This document shows positions 49,078 through 63,671 of a stretch of 64,000 nucleotides of DNA, piece after piece. The translations under genes were made by a program, and so were the position numbers. Each line of letters begins with the position of its first letter. Positions within the stretch are counted from its first letter, which is position 1. Under the pieces are notes generated by a model. The model ran no database searches and was not told where the DNA came from. It worked only from the letters and a program-made list of their open reading frames with translations. Origin of the DNA: Dimorphilus gyrociliatus (lineage: Eukaryota > Animalia > Annelida). The DNA lies in NCBI GenBank assembly GCA_904063045.1, contig CAJFCJ010000004.1:2349713-2413712 (forward strand), in the 5' to 3' direction.

Positions 49078-50388
49078 CTATTAAAGAAATTTTTAAGGAA
49101 TCATGAATTAGATTTTTCATTCGCTAATAGTCCTATATTAAGTTTAATTATTACTCCTATAAAACAATTGAACAGGGGGAAAGGGGGCTTATCTTCTATA
49201 TCTTTTTAATATATTTACTATATTAACCTCTTCCTAAATTATTTTTAGAGTCACTTCCCGAAATACAAAAAAGTAATAGCTTAGCCTCCAGTTATGTTAA
49301 AAAAGCACCTCACGCCTCTCTTTTTTTAAGTCCCAAGTCAATTGTGCCAGTTACCAGCCTGGCTAACTCAGACCATAAATGAGGTTTGTTTCAGAGAGAT
49401 TACGTAAGTCTGTTATAGATAGAAGCTAGAATGCCGTTTTAGAAAACCTCATTTATTCCGAGATTGTGGTTACGCATCTCTCTCTCTTTTGTTACATTTC
49501 ATATTCGCAATGACGAAATTGTTAATTATTAAGGGATTTGTAAACATAGGCTACTGAGAATTTCATAAATGATTCATTATAGTAAAACGCTTACTGCCAA
49601 AGGAGGTTATAGGAGAAAATATTACAAAGATTATAGTGTAAAATGAACAGGATTCAGGAACAAACAAACTGTAACGTTAACGTATACGCTTCGTAGTAAT
49701 CAAATTTCGACTTTGTTTGAAGAGGTTAGTAGATGACAAACAAACCACAGAAGCTGTAAAGGTCTTGGTATATAATATAACGCCTTATTCGTTAAATAGA
49801 TCATCGAAATGAGAACAAATCAAAAAATAATTTCATCCTTTACTTATACTGTATTTAGATGATGTTAGGAAAAAAAGGACAAAGTTTATAAAGAATACAG
49901 GTTTTATACATTTTGGTCAGCCAGCCGTCTCAAGCAAAGCGACAGGCAGAAAAGCTGACAAACTTCAAAAACTAGATGCCCAGAAAGTAATTTATTTAAA
50001 AAAGAAACTAGATAGAAAGCAGGAGAAAGAGTGAGTGAGAGTGAGAAATGGAAAGTGTGGGAGAGGAAAGAGACGGATAGAATTAACCAACTAGCATATT
50101 TAATTTATTCATTGTTATATATATTTCTAATTTATAAAAAAAAAAATTAGGCTACAAAGTTTTATGATAAGAAAAATAAAGTTTTAGTTTTACATATAAG
50201 ACGTAAGCATTAAATACAGCTTGGAGGTCTACTTGAAGGGTATCAAGTAACAATTACAGGGAGTCTGATTACGAGCAAGTGAGCAAAAGAAGATTACAAA
50301 TTTTCTAGGCTTCATAATTGGGTGACAAATTAAACTGTTGTATACATAAACACCTATATACGTATACAGTAAATTTATTTACAGTATA

Positions 50389-51799
50389 AAGTGGACTTCA
50401 TAAAAAAATGGACACTGTAAATTTTGATAGGCCAACTTTTAATTAACGGTTAAAATTGTTTTTTTTAAATAATTGTTAATTTCATTTATATTACTTTATT
50501 TTTATTGTACTAATTTAAATATGACGTGGAGTAAAGACATAAGGGAGCTTGTATTCAAGAAATACAATGAATTACAAAAACTACGAGCCACAGCAAGAGC
50601 TTTAGGAATGGCACCCTCTTCTGTTAGCAATATTTTAAGGTATCAATCACCAGAAGAGGAGAATAGAGGTCGTCCAAAGAAACTTACAGAGAGAGATATA
50701 GGCAGGATGAAGAGGGCTATACAAAAAATGAAAATAAATAAGGAGAGGGTGACAGCAAGAAAAATTTTGAAAGAGTTAGATGTAGATGTTAGCCTATTAA
50801 CCATACAGAGAGAGCTAAAAAAACAAAAATTTAGGTATAAGCGAGTTAGGCAAACACTTGATCTTACAACAAATAATTGTAAGAGGAGAAAAAGTTTCTG
50901 CCTCCAGATGATCAGTGATAATCTAGACTGGTCTAAAGTAATTTTCACTGATGAGGCTAGATTCTCACTGAGTGGGCCAGATGATTTTCGTACCTGGACC
51001 AAAGATGGTGAAAAAGATTTCAGGGTGACGAAAAACCTGGGCAGAGGTGGAGTAATGGTCTGGGGACTAATAACCTATGACGGAATATTTGAAATTTGGT
51101 GGATAAGGAAAAGGCTTAATGCTGAAAATTACAGCTGTTTTATTGTGGAAGATGTCCTCCCTGTTATCGAAGAGATTGAGGCAAAAATGGGGAGGAAATA
51201 CATCTTCCAGCAAAATAATGCTGGGTGCCACACAGCAAGAACGACTAAAAGAGCCTTTCAAATGAATGATATCCATCCTCTTGATTGGCCAGCAAAGAGC
51301 CCCGACCTCAGCCCAATCGAGAACATGTGGCACCTTACCAAAAACCTGGTATATGATGGTCCACAATTCGAATCAGAGGACGAATTGTGGAAAAAAATAA
51401 AAAAATGCTCTTATGAGCTTATAAAAGAGCAGCCAGGGTTGTTACCATGTCTATATGATGGAATGGGGCATAGAATCAGGCAATGCACCGAAAAAGAGGG
51501 TAGTCAGATACAAAAGTAGGAATAATAGGAACATTTTTGTTGGTGTTCCAATTATTATGAAGTGCAGCGAAATAAGAAAAAAAAATCAATAAAACAGTAC
51601 ATAATATAAACAAAAAAAATGATATAAAATCTTACCTAAATCGTATTTGAAAGAAAATTATATATAAATTTATAATAAGCTTCATCTAACATTTTATGCA
51701 GAAAAAATTAAAAAAATATCTCTTTTCTTAGTGAAAAACATTTTTAATACGTTGGCCTATTCAAAATTCGAGGTGTTCCAATTTTTATGAAGTTTACTT
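50389..51799 (+). mobile_element. Tc1/Tc3-like transposon with ~50-bp TIRs, TA flanks and a full-length transposase ORF (50521-51519) with a D-to-N catalytic change
   Basis: Left end AAGTGGACTTCATAAAAAAATGGACAC...ATAGGCCAAC matches the reverse complement of the right end. Motifs: RGRPKKL, VIFTDEARFSLSGPD, GVMVWG, FQQNNAGCH, WPAKSPDLSPIENMW (34 spacing). Confidence 0.93.
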
Positions 51800-54261
51800 T
51801 ATTCATAAAAACATCCTAATTTTGTGACTGAAGAATGTAATCAAAAGGGAAATTGACAATTGGGTAAAATTATCATCTAGTACGTTTTTTGAATTAGCAT
51901 TATAACTGTACAATTAATTTTAAAGGCTTTATTTACCTTACTAGTTATCATCTGAAAAGACTATATCTACAAAGTGGGAGGTTAAGAGAAGAAAACTGGA
52001 AAAATTTATCAGTCAAGTAAGTGGGTCAAACTATGAATTCGACTTTTAAATATGACTAGTCACGGTTTGTTTGCTGATTATTTTAGGTTCGCTTCAGATT
52101 GAATTTCTAGACGAGTCTAATATTTAAGATACCCTTATCGAGATCGAATAAAGATTAGCAAATTAAGAGAATTCTCTTGCCGTATTTCTAAATATAACGT
52201 ATACTCTTGTATAGTATATAGTACTTACATATTCCGTGCATTGTATATATAAAAGCCAAGTCTACTTTCTATATCGTATACCAAACTTCGTTACCGGCAT
52301 AGTATGTGTTACAATATCTTCGTAAGCAAAGAAGTAATCGAATGAAGTATAAAATAAGTATCGTTTTAAAAGTATCTACTTGTATCATCATCTTGACAAA
52401 TAAAGGCGAAGAAAAACTATAATAAGGAAGGAGAAAACAAAACAAGTGTATAGAGCACACCTTGAAAATTATACCATTCAAATAATTTCTCTTTTCTCAT
52501 TTGTTTATTATTTTCTAGGTATCATTACTGAGAAGAGAAAAGAAATTCAACAATACGCAAGTAACGATTCTATCAATCGTAATTACACTAATAGGAGTGA
52601 TACTTGTTCCACAGATCTATCATATTTGTCTAGAAATAAGTATGAAAAGTAAAAATGATTTATAAGTCCTTTATTTTCTTTCTCTCTTGTTTTTTATCCC
52701 TTCTACCTTCGTAAAAAGTGTATACTTAAACTAATATCTGATAAGATGGATAAAAAAAAGAAATGGAAATAAAATTAGAGAATATCATAGAAAGGAAGCA
52801 AACTGATCTATAAAACTTTTTACTATGATTACATGGAAAACAGTTGCAAACGGTTTTTTCAATTAATCAACAAAAGAAAATATCAAATCCAGTTGTTAGA
52901 ACAAATAATAGGATAGTCTTATAAGAAAATGAGACATTCCCCAGGTACCTCTCTCTTTATGGACACTAGAAAATAAATTGTAGAATAAATAATATATATA
53001 TATATATATAATAAAAGCTATTGTGATTACAGCGATATTTTTAACATAGTTTTCATGTATTTAAAGGCGTTTGTATGAAGAATTCTAATAGTACTACTTT
53101 TTAAAAATAACTAACTAGCCAAATAATTCAAGTTTATTTATAATCTAAACAAGTCTCTGACACTCAAATCAGGTGGGAGTCGGAAAAGAATTTGTTCGTC
53201 ATGAGAGTCAAATAAAGAGCATCTTTCCTTAGCTAATTAAACAGTAATTAATCAGCAACACAGTTACTATGCTCTTAATCAAGCAAAGAAACTGTTACAG
53301 TTTTGTAACCGTGGACAAGTGGGTCTAATAAAAAAATAAACAACATCTTGATGAGCGGTAATAATTCTCCTTTCAAATGAAAATACACGAAATTAAACTC
53401 ATTAGAGTGTCTTTCACGAGCAGAGATGGACACCTTTGCTTTCTCTCTGTTTTCTACTATAGCCCCCCCTCCCATTTCTTGCTGTTAGGAAATGAGAGTA
53501 AAACTAATGATTAAACTGACCAAGATAGAAAGCAGGATAAGATTGGTCATCGGATTGCCACATTTTAAAGAGATTTATAACATAGAAGACATTCTATTTT
53601 AATTAAATGTGTTTCCATCAATTTCCAAAGTTGTTGATTGCAATCTTAAAAAAGGCAACCATAGCAAAAGAAGGAAACCAAAAAACAGGAGGATAAAACA
53701 ATGACAATAAATATAACTATAATAGATCATTAGACGAAATGGGTTAAACGATAAAACGTTAGATTATATATCCAGGCTTTGATTTTTGTCAGAAATCGAG
53801 ACAAGGATTGAACCGTCCAAGAGATAAGCACCAACCAATATACAATTATATTTTGTTTAATAGAAAAGATAAAGTCCTAGCCAAGAGGAAAAGCAATTTT
53901 GTTAATAACCCACCATCAACGTTATTAGGCATGAATAAATTCATAGATTGTCTTTTTTCATTTACTATCAAATATAGCCTTAGAAAAATATTATGAAAAA
54001 GGATTTCCTTAATTTTAACTACGCAATTTATTATATGTCTATAGATATTATGTATTTAAACATATCTATATATACTGTACATATATATTAGGAGAGAAGT
54101 TCATAAATATATAGATTTGAACCAAATTTACCGTGAAATAAATATTCAATGAAAACCCTGTGGCAAATATCGATAGGCAAACATATACTTTCACGTAAAC
54201 TGCACTTTTCTATCTTGTTTACTGGAATTTTTTCCCTTTCTACCCTTTGAAGAGTTTAGAC

Positions 54262-54262
<1 letters not shown>

Positions 54263-54294
<32 letters not shown>
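54263..54294 (+). repeat. (TATC)n tetranucleotide microsatellite
   Basis: About 8 perfect units. Confidence 0.95.
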
Positions 54295-54295
<1 letters not shown>

Positions 54296-57200
54296 CTCGC
54301 TTTCTCTGCCTCTTTCTCCCGCTTATATCTGTAGGCTCTGTTTGACTGTTATGTCTTTACGTCTCTGTATCTTTATGCTATTGCTCTTTTTCCTACTTCC
54401 ACTCTCCTGCTCTGGGAACTATTTTTTTTACTTTAGATACCGCAAGTATTCACCATAAAAAAAACCGTTACAAAAGCGTCTAGTCTCTCTGCTTTTCAAC
54501 TGCAAAAAAATTGCGAGCAAATATTTTTTATGCGTGAAAGCTAACATTCTGCGTTTTTCATATCAAAAATATCATTATCTTTATTATCAACATTTACGCT
54601 TTCATTCATTTATAATGCATGACAATTTCATGAGCTAAATGGTGCGCGAATGTAGAATATTTGTATGTTATTGTATATATTCGAATTCTGTACAAATCAG
54701 ATGAAAGAAAACATGTTACAAATATTAAGCATGCGTAAAATCGTGAGATATACTTTAAATTATCCAACCTTAACGCCGTAAGGAAAACTATAAAGCGGAT
54801 CTAAAGGCACGCGTATCTAAAAACATCAATTTTTTTCTACTAGCTTATTGGTTTACCTTCAGCTAAAGAAAACTTTTTATGTTTTTACAAATCAGCCAAA
54901 AGAAAACATTACGTAATTTAAATATAATTGGATTTCATTGAGACAATTTGTTCAGTTTATTTTCCCTGGGAAAAGAAGTAAGATAGCATCTGCTACATCT
55001 TCACGCTAATCATTGACTTTAGTTCTTTTGCTTCTAGAATATATCATTATATTATTTAATAAATTAGACACGTAATTAAGAAAAGAACAAAAAGGAGAAG
55101 GAATGAGTGAAGGTAAAAAACTTTATGGGAAATTAACGTTAAAACAAGAAGTAAATTTATAAAGGTAGCATTGTTTAAAATTAGGGAAGAAATATAAAAA
55201 ATCTTTAAATCGGAAATTCTTGCCGCATTAAGGAAATTAGCTTTAGAAAATCGAAATTACTAAAAGGCGTAAGGTGGCATGTAAATTCCAGTTTATAAAA
55301 AGAAATCCTTTGTAATTATACTTATGCAAATGATTTGACTACAAATCTTGCATTCTACTATCGTCAACTTGAACTATATTTCTTTTCCTTGTACGCAAGA
55401 GCGCATCTATGCAAATGTAATATTTAAAGATTACTAATACAATAAGCCAGGAAAGGGAGTACATTTTCCCTTCAGTGCTAATGTAATAGATTCGTCGACC
55501 AGATAAAAATCCTAATACAAGATTAAAGAGAGAATAATCTTTGTTAAGATGAGAATTAAATTAAACAATTAAAGACGGGAAAGTATTTGTTTACATATCT
55601 AAAAATATGAATAGAAATTTTATAAAACTGTAGGAAAGAAAAGAAATTATATCTCATTAAAAACTAATGATAGTCTTGACGGACTAAAAGCTCAAAATAA
55701 ATGATTTATAGTTTGAAGTATATTCGAATATGACAATCGAGATTATTGATTGGCAGAATCGATAATGCTAGATAACCTGTCAAATTAGTTTTAAAAAATC
55801 TTACTTTTAACAATCAAACTGCAAATTTATTATATTGCAGCTATAAAAGGAAAGAAGGGGTATTACCAAAGTACTGCAAAATATTTATTGCACGTAATAA
55901 ATGTACCTGGATATTATCTTCCCGAAAAAATTTGATAATAAGCTAAAATTTTATTAGATGGGTTAATGTTGAGGCCATCCTATCCATCAAAAAATTCTAT
56001 CTATTCTTAGTAGCTACAGTCACGAAACTATAAAACGAAATATTAATTAAATAAAATATAATAATATAATCTTAAAAGGAGACAGAGAGATAGAGAGAGA
56101 GTGTGTGTGTGTGTGAGAGAGAGTGTGGAAACGAGAAGAGGGAGCAAGTGAAAGATGAAAGATTCAATTCACATAATTTGAAATATTTAGGGGCTAATCG
56201 ATTCGTTTCAATTTAATTTTTTGTCGAGTGGCATTTGCTAATTGGAAATATCTCCAATAATTTTTTTATTTTACATTAGTAGAATTGTGAGCCACAAAAG
56301 GAAAATTATACAGTTGATTAATTTTTATTGAAAATTATACAGTTATAAAAGAAAATATAGCGTAGAAGTTACTAATTTCTATTCTATATTTAGATATACC
56401 CATATAGAATATTGTAATGTTTTTCGTATAAGTCATATAATAGAACGAGTAGACAAAACAAACTGTGAGCATCAAACGATTTGTTGATTACTTGTGCGTC
56501 TACCCATTTTACTGTTAAATGAACCATTGTCTAACAGTGCGCGATGTATATACAGTTTTACCTTTGAGCAAAAATTATTAAACCGCTTTAAATATTATTA
56601 AATGCCAGAAGAACAATAACTAATTATGCCTTAGGGAGGAAATATTTTGCAGCATGTCTAAAATACTATTCAGGACAATAAAGCATGAAAAAATAGTCTA
56701 ATATTTATTTCAAAGTTACCGGAAAAGGCGCCTTAAGCTTTCAATCTATATAAATATGCTATTTTTTTGCAGTGTTTTTTTATATAACCTTATGATTAAG
56801 AGAAATAGTAATAATATTTGTAAAATTAAAATCATCTATAGTAATTAATGTTGACTTTGCATACAGCAAAGTTAATAAAATACTTTTAAGCACTCAATAA
56901 CAGTCAACAAACTCTAGCAATAATCACTGTAAATAGGAGTATAAACATTCACAATATTCACTATGAAGGTTGAAGGTAGGAAGGTAGGAGGTGATGAGTT
57001 ACTCTCTGCCGTATTTGTTTATATTACTGAGAGAGATATAGACAAATATAACATTCAAGACAGGAAATAAATAGAAGACAGAAAACGTTCCAAAAATACT
57101 TTCTTATTTTAAAACGTTAACTTGAAAAACTATCCAACCAAAAGGTAGTCAATAACCATTGGAGCGAAAACAAACGAAAGCCTTTTTTATTACAAAGCTT

Positions 57201-57705
57201 TGAGGTTCTACCAAAATCATTTATTACTGATAAATTATTCATCATTAGGAAAAAATAGTAATTGATCAAAGGAATCTGATATATCAACTCGAACTATTAA
57301 CGATGGTAATATATTTTGCGCCCCATCAAACTCCATCATACAAATGTCAAGTGCACGTGAAAGATTAATAGAAATAAACATGCACATGATCTATTTCCGA
57401 TACATTTTTTTAGTGTGACAAGAAGAAAGATTCTACTTGCATTCATAGTTATCATACAAATAATATATTATTTATAGTATATTACTCAGTCTCAATACGG
57501 TCTTTTCCTTTACTAAAATACAAATTATTTCTACGAAATTCCTAGTATAAATCGATATCCATAGAAGTAATATAAAGAAAAAAGCATTATATTGCATAGC
57601 AGATAATATTTAGAGTCAATTTTTAACGTTCTTATTATGGTATATACAGTATATACTAATATATTTGTATATATATACATAAATATACTGTATATATATA
57701 TAAAT

Positions 57706-57741
<36 letters not shown>

Positions 57742-60243
57742 CTCTCCCTATACTAAAGAGATACCAAAAAAATATCAGGTAATTTAAATACAGAATACAT
57801 AGATTGATATAGCTATTAATAGTAAAGGTATACTTTTGTTTCCTTATTGTTTTTTTTATGTTCTCTCTTTCCTTTATATTTAAGTCTCAGCTATATATTT
57901 ACTGTGAATTTATTCTGTTAAAGTAGTAATGTTTAACTTTAATATTAAGGAAGAATAGAAGAGGAACCTGAGTGTTTTCCTTAAGAAATACATCCCCTAT
58001 AAGTAGCTGGAAAAGTTTAATCAACCTAAAACATGAAATAGGTTTAGCTAATTTATACGAATACAGCGTCTTTGTCTGAGAAGGAATTTGGTTAAGGCAA
58101 ATACCTTTTCTATAATTTCTTCAAGGAGGAAAAAAAACTTCTTTACATGAAAAGAGTAGAAGCAAAAAAAAACAATTTAACTGACAGGGAATTTATCTTT
58201 TTCTTTATGCTTCGGCTATTCTGACGGAAAATTCTAATAAAATTTGTTTACTATACGGTTAGATTGAAAGAAAAGTCTATTTCATTTAAACATCATTAGC
58301 TTGAGAAAGCTAGTAAACATATTTCGCATAATACAAATATTATGTAAATGGATATAAGCTAAATAAACTGCAAGAAGTGTATACTGTTACTTCCTATATC
58401 TAGGTATTGTACAATTTCCAGAGAACGACAATTAGAGAAAGCAGAGGCAGCTGTAGGTAAAATTTAACTGAAAGTGGGAAATAAAATGAGACAGACAGTT
58501 TGGCAGGATTCTCTTGCTATTGCGGAGAGAAAATGAAGAGGAATAAACGTATTCTTAAGCAATATTAATAAATTAGCAATAGTGTTCTTTCAATAGAAAC
58601 ACACAAAAGTTCACAGCTGAATAGTTTAACAATCTCAAAGGAATTTAACATTTATATTAAATTTCTATATTTTGAAGACAAACACTAAATATTACAGTAA
58701 TGTCAGTCGCTATTTGTGTATACGCGTCTATGTATGTATATCATCTTAGTTATTGTCCAAGTAGCGCTTCCGTCTTATTATCAATATTCTTTATAAAACC
58801 TGTCAATTGTCTTATATTCCATTCAATAAAAGTATTGAAACAGAGAAAAAGAAAAACTAAAGAAAACGTAACAGATCTATTTAATTTGTTTAACAAGTTT
58901 AAATTATAGAGTTTTCTATTACATTTGCAGCCTACTTTTCCTTTATCCTCTTAAGTGAAATGCTTTAGTACACTAATACATACAGTATAAATACGGCCTG
59001 TAATAATAATAATATAAAACAAACAATTGTTACAAGTAAATTAGCATCATCAACATTTCATTAAAAATACTATCAAAGGATAGAATTGGATAATGTTAGT
59101 AGTCACGAAGCATAAATTACATGGAGAAACAAGTCTAAAATATACTTCTTTCTTTTTTATTCTTAAATCAATCTAAAGAATGCGAAAAGCGATTATTCGT
59201 TATCGATTAATCACTTGTTCGGTTACTACTTTAATCAATTTATGAAAGGGAAAAAGTGGACGTTCTGCAATTATAACATAGCAATTAGATTCTTACATAC
59301 ACTGTTAACATCCTATGTAGACTATATACTTAAGTAAAGTTTGTTTTTCTTCTATCATACATTTAAAAGATTTAACTAGTTACTTATTCAGCCATAAACA
59401 AACTTAAATTCAATTATTTTAAATAAAAAATGAACATGTTGTGAAAAATTCATATTCGTATAAGTTGTAAGCTTTCAAGTAAGAAATTGAAAACAATTAA
59501 AAACAATTTTCTCATTTATATAAAAAAAAGAATATTCAATAATTTATAATAAACAGAAGAGTTTATTAGAAAAGATATATAAATATGTATACTGTATATA
59601 CTAATATGTTAATATATTTAATATAAGTTCTCACTAAAAGATAATTATGTTTATAAATAATATAATACCGCTTTTATGCCAAAAAACAATTTATAGGTTG
59701 AATGTACACATCTTATAAATATTTAGATATTTAAATATACATATACTAATATACTATCATATATAATCATATAAAGTATTACCAAATACATATATGTATA
59801 ATCATCTAGAAGGATATAAAATAAATAATCAACAATTGATTAAATATACTTAAAATATCTTTTAATAATGTATACTCATCATCATCTACTGAGTACAATA
59901 TATTTTCGTACAAAGAAGTGTCAGTAGAAGAAGTTGTCAAAGCCTAATCGACTTTCTATGTTTTCCTTATGGGACAAAGAATTATCAAAGTAGAATTTAA
60001 CAGTTGCTTTATTAGATTAAAAACTTAGTAATTTCTTTTCATTTTCAATGATATAAAATAAATTTTTTAAGCGATTAAAGAATAGATAAAACGGAAACTA
60101 ACGGCAAGAATACAAAGAGGCAGAGTAGAAAAGAGAGAAGAACTATTTATTTTATTTTTTTTATTAAAAGATGAGAACTTTAAATATGTATCAGATAGGA
60201 TTAAATTTCTTTTACCATCTAATGTCTTTAAGATGTCACAAAA

Positions 60244-60289
<46 letters not shown>

Positions 60290-63200
60290 TAATATATTTA
60301 CTATTATTAGTAACAGACAAGCCTGATTTAAAAGATTATATATATATATATACATTAATCATAAGATTGGCTATTTACAACTTAATTTATTGTAACATAG
60401 GCATAGAATCTAGACATATCAAGGCGGAATTTAACAGCTGGCCTCCTCTAGAGCATAAAGAGCATCTAAAAGGTTTCTAATGAATTTGTTAGGTAACGTC
60501 ATTACACGGTTTGTGAATTTCACAAGCAGATTATCACGGTCCTTTATCTTAATGGAAATTTTAATGCTTAAATTTTATCCTATTTTGATCTTACTACGAA
60601 AATTAGCGATTCGTCAACTAAAAATATTATAATCTATAGAAATATTTAATGAATTAAAGCATAAACATTGTGAACTTTTCTCCTTTGCAAGAAACTAGAA
60701 GAGCATCGCTTACGTTATCTTTTTACAGGAAAAGCACGAGCAGATACTTGATTCATAGAGCATTAGGAAAAAAATTTACTATTCTCATAGGCAAATATAG
60801 AATGATAAAGTTTAAAGATCGGGGTAAGCTATTTCTCGTCTTTTGCATTTGTCACTTTTTGCTTTGAAAGAAACCTTGAAGAGGTTTTTCTTAAAAATTG
60901 ATTATCTCTTGTTAAAACAAACCTCAAATAGCTTGCTGTTGAAAAATCAAATCCTGATTCGACATCTTTTCTAGCTTCTTTTTTACCCTTTTTCCTGAAA
61001 GAAAATCTATTGACTTGTACTCTCTCCATCCTCGAATAGACTAATGCCAGGTTTTTAGAGGCAACGCCAACTGGCGGTTGAAATATTAAATAAATCTAAT
61101 TTTCAACGAACTTGGTGTCTCCAATTTTTCACACAGCACAGCACATGGCAAATTAATGTACAGTAATAAAGAAAGACTAATTGATAATTTTGATAACGGA
61201 TGTTGGGTGCATTATAGTCGATCAAACGAGCTTTTAGCATTTACTCGAAGATCGTAGGACGGTTTTGGCTATTGAAGCGAATGATTTTTCTGTTATCGTT
61301 TCTCAGTATAAAAAAGAATTAAAGAGGAAAGCAAGTTCTCGAAACAAGCCTCATAAAAGAGTACCTATTAGTTTTTGGATGGTAATCGCTCATTAGAAAA
61401 ATTGCAAGTCCTCTTTATTCTCTTACTTCATGTACTCTACTTAAACACTTTATAGTGTTAAAAGGAAAGAGCAAGAGGATTCTTGAAGTTTTAAATTTTC
61501 GTTGGAGGCGTCTAAAGATTATCCCAAAACAGTCTACTTCTCCTTTAGAAGTTATTGTACTGCTTTTAGAAGAAAGCTCAACATTACCATAATAGAAGTC
61601 ATGAATTAATACTACCGTATTTTTTAGGGGCTACAATCATAACCAATAAGGCTATAACAAGCTTCTATTATAAAGATGCTTTATTAGAGAGAGAGAGAGA
61701 GAGAGAAAGGAAGGGGAATAGGTAATAATAGGGTTAGCAGAAAAGTCATAGCGGACGTAGTAATAGTAAAACTGTCCCTTAACAAGATCAAAATACTTTT
61801 TGACTATATAAACATGACTTTTTTAAAAGAAGAATGGAGATGAAAGGATTACATTTTAACAGTAATATTATTAATATAACAAATTTGATTTTCATTTCTT
61901 TTATAACCATAAATAATTTAATAGAATCTTTATGAAACATTTCGTTTCACAAACAAGAAAATGTAAATCAATTACTATTTTTTATATAAAGTATTCTTTC
62001 TACTTACTTAAGAAATTTCATCTTATTTTGCAAGCCAGCCATATTTAATGACAAATGGAATTTTCTAGTTTGCCAATTACGTATTAAACGTTTGAGGATC
62101 ATTAAAAAATATCTGCAATTAAAAATGATATATCGATAAATTTTACCATTTGTCGCTCACTAAATTTCTATTATTTTCCCATTTACCATTCAGGCAACAC
62201 GTGCCTGATAGAAATTAATCGGATAATTGTTTAAAACTATACAATTTACATAAATATACAAATAGATAGGATAGTAGGTTTTCTATAAATGTTTTTACCC
62301 TATTCTTTATTTAGTGTTCAATTCTGTTCAAGCCTTTTTGTTTTTTTTTGCCCGGCTTCTTTTCATGTTTTACATCTAAACAACGATACGGAAAATTTTA
62401 ATTTAGTTTAATGTTAACACTCTAGATGGCGTTACTATGCTTCCTTTTTTATCTATTCCTCGGCTGAATAATGATTTTAGTTGGATTAAAAAAACTTTTG
62501 TATCCGCTTAAAAAGAAAAAAGGGAGTTTAGGGCTTTTTATTATATTAAAACGTTTAAGAAAATAATTACTATTTATAGGTAAAAAGAAAAAACAGTGAA
62601 CTTGTTGCTTACTTAACAAAGAGAGGGTCAGAAAATGGAGAACGTTAAAGGATAGTATTACTAAACAGTTTGCCCTAGAATTTACCTTATTCTCAAATGT
62701 TTGCCTGATGTTTAGCATCTTATGTTACTTTCACATTAACACAGACATCGTTACTAATTTTATTACTCTATTATACAAATTATTAGGCTGTTGGTTCGTA
62801 TTTAGGTTTACTTGTTAAAAGTCGGTCGATTCAACTAAATTAGAAATTATATTGTAGTCAATAAGTAATTAGAAATAAACGAAATGAACAAATGAAAGAA
62901 TGAATGAACGAATGAATGAATAAAAAAGTATAGAAAGAGTAATTGAAAAGAGTAAAAGTTGAAAAATAGAGAAAAACCCTTCAATATTTAATCTTTATTA
63001 AGTCGACATCCAGATGAGATTTTTTATGTTATATTTTATTCATCAATTTATAAATGTATGAGAAGAAACTATATATTAGATTATTATGGAATAAAAGAGA
63101 GCATTACGTAATATATATATCTATATATATATATGAATTTTACGATTGGCAGGCTACTTACCTATCAATAAACTTTCGGTACGTAAAAATAAATATATGC

Positions 63201-63663
63201 AAGTGTTAAATCGCTCTCACTTATGTTCCCTTTTATTAGTTTTCATTATATAATTAGGAAAACATTAAAGCTAAAAGCATCATAAATAATACCGTCACCT
63301 TACTCCTTTGATAATAAGTATATTTCCTTTTTTCCCTTTGTCTTTTATAATTTTTAGTTGTTTTAAGCTTAGTTATCTTCGGAATACTGTATCTCTCTCT
63401 CTCCCTAGCTCGCCCTATGTCTTTTGACACTTCACGATACCCCCCGCTTACATCCCCTCTGTCTTTCTCTCCTCTCGCTCCCACTCGTCCACACACACAC
63501 ACACACTTGACACCAACATACACTTTCTCTCTTTTTGTTACTCTCTTGCCATTCTTCAAACTGACTATAGAGACAATCGAGAAAATTACTCTTGAACGAA
63601 AAAGCACGAATTTGACTCTAGATTAAAATAATACCCAAATTACCGGTTGCTTAATTGGAATTG

Positions 63664-63671
63664 TGACGTCA
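63664..63671. promoter_or_regulatory. Full CRE palindrome TGACGTCA in a promoter-like stretch
   Basis: Exact motif with nearby CCAAT-like and slightly GC-richer sequence; another copy at 3193-3200 upstream of CHSY. No associated gene was identified here. Confidence 0.3.

Noticed and set aside
50643-51366. Two minus-strand ORFs
   Set aside because: Antisense to the transposase.
60670-61029. Short ORFs on both strands
   Set aside because: No motifs and no convincing splice partners; expected by chance.
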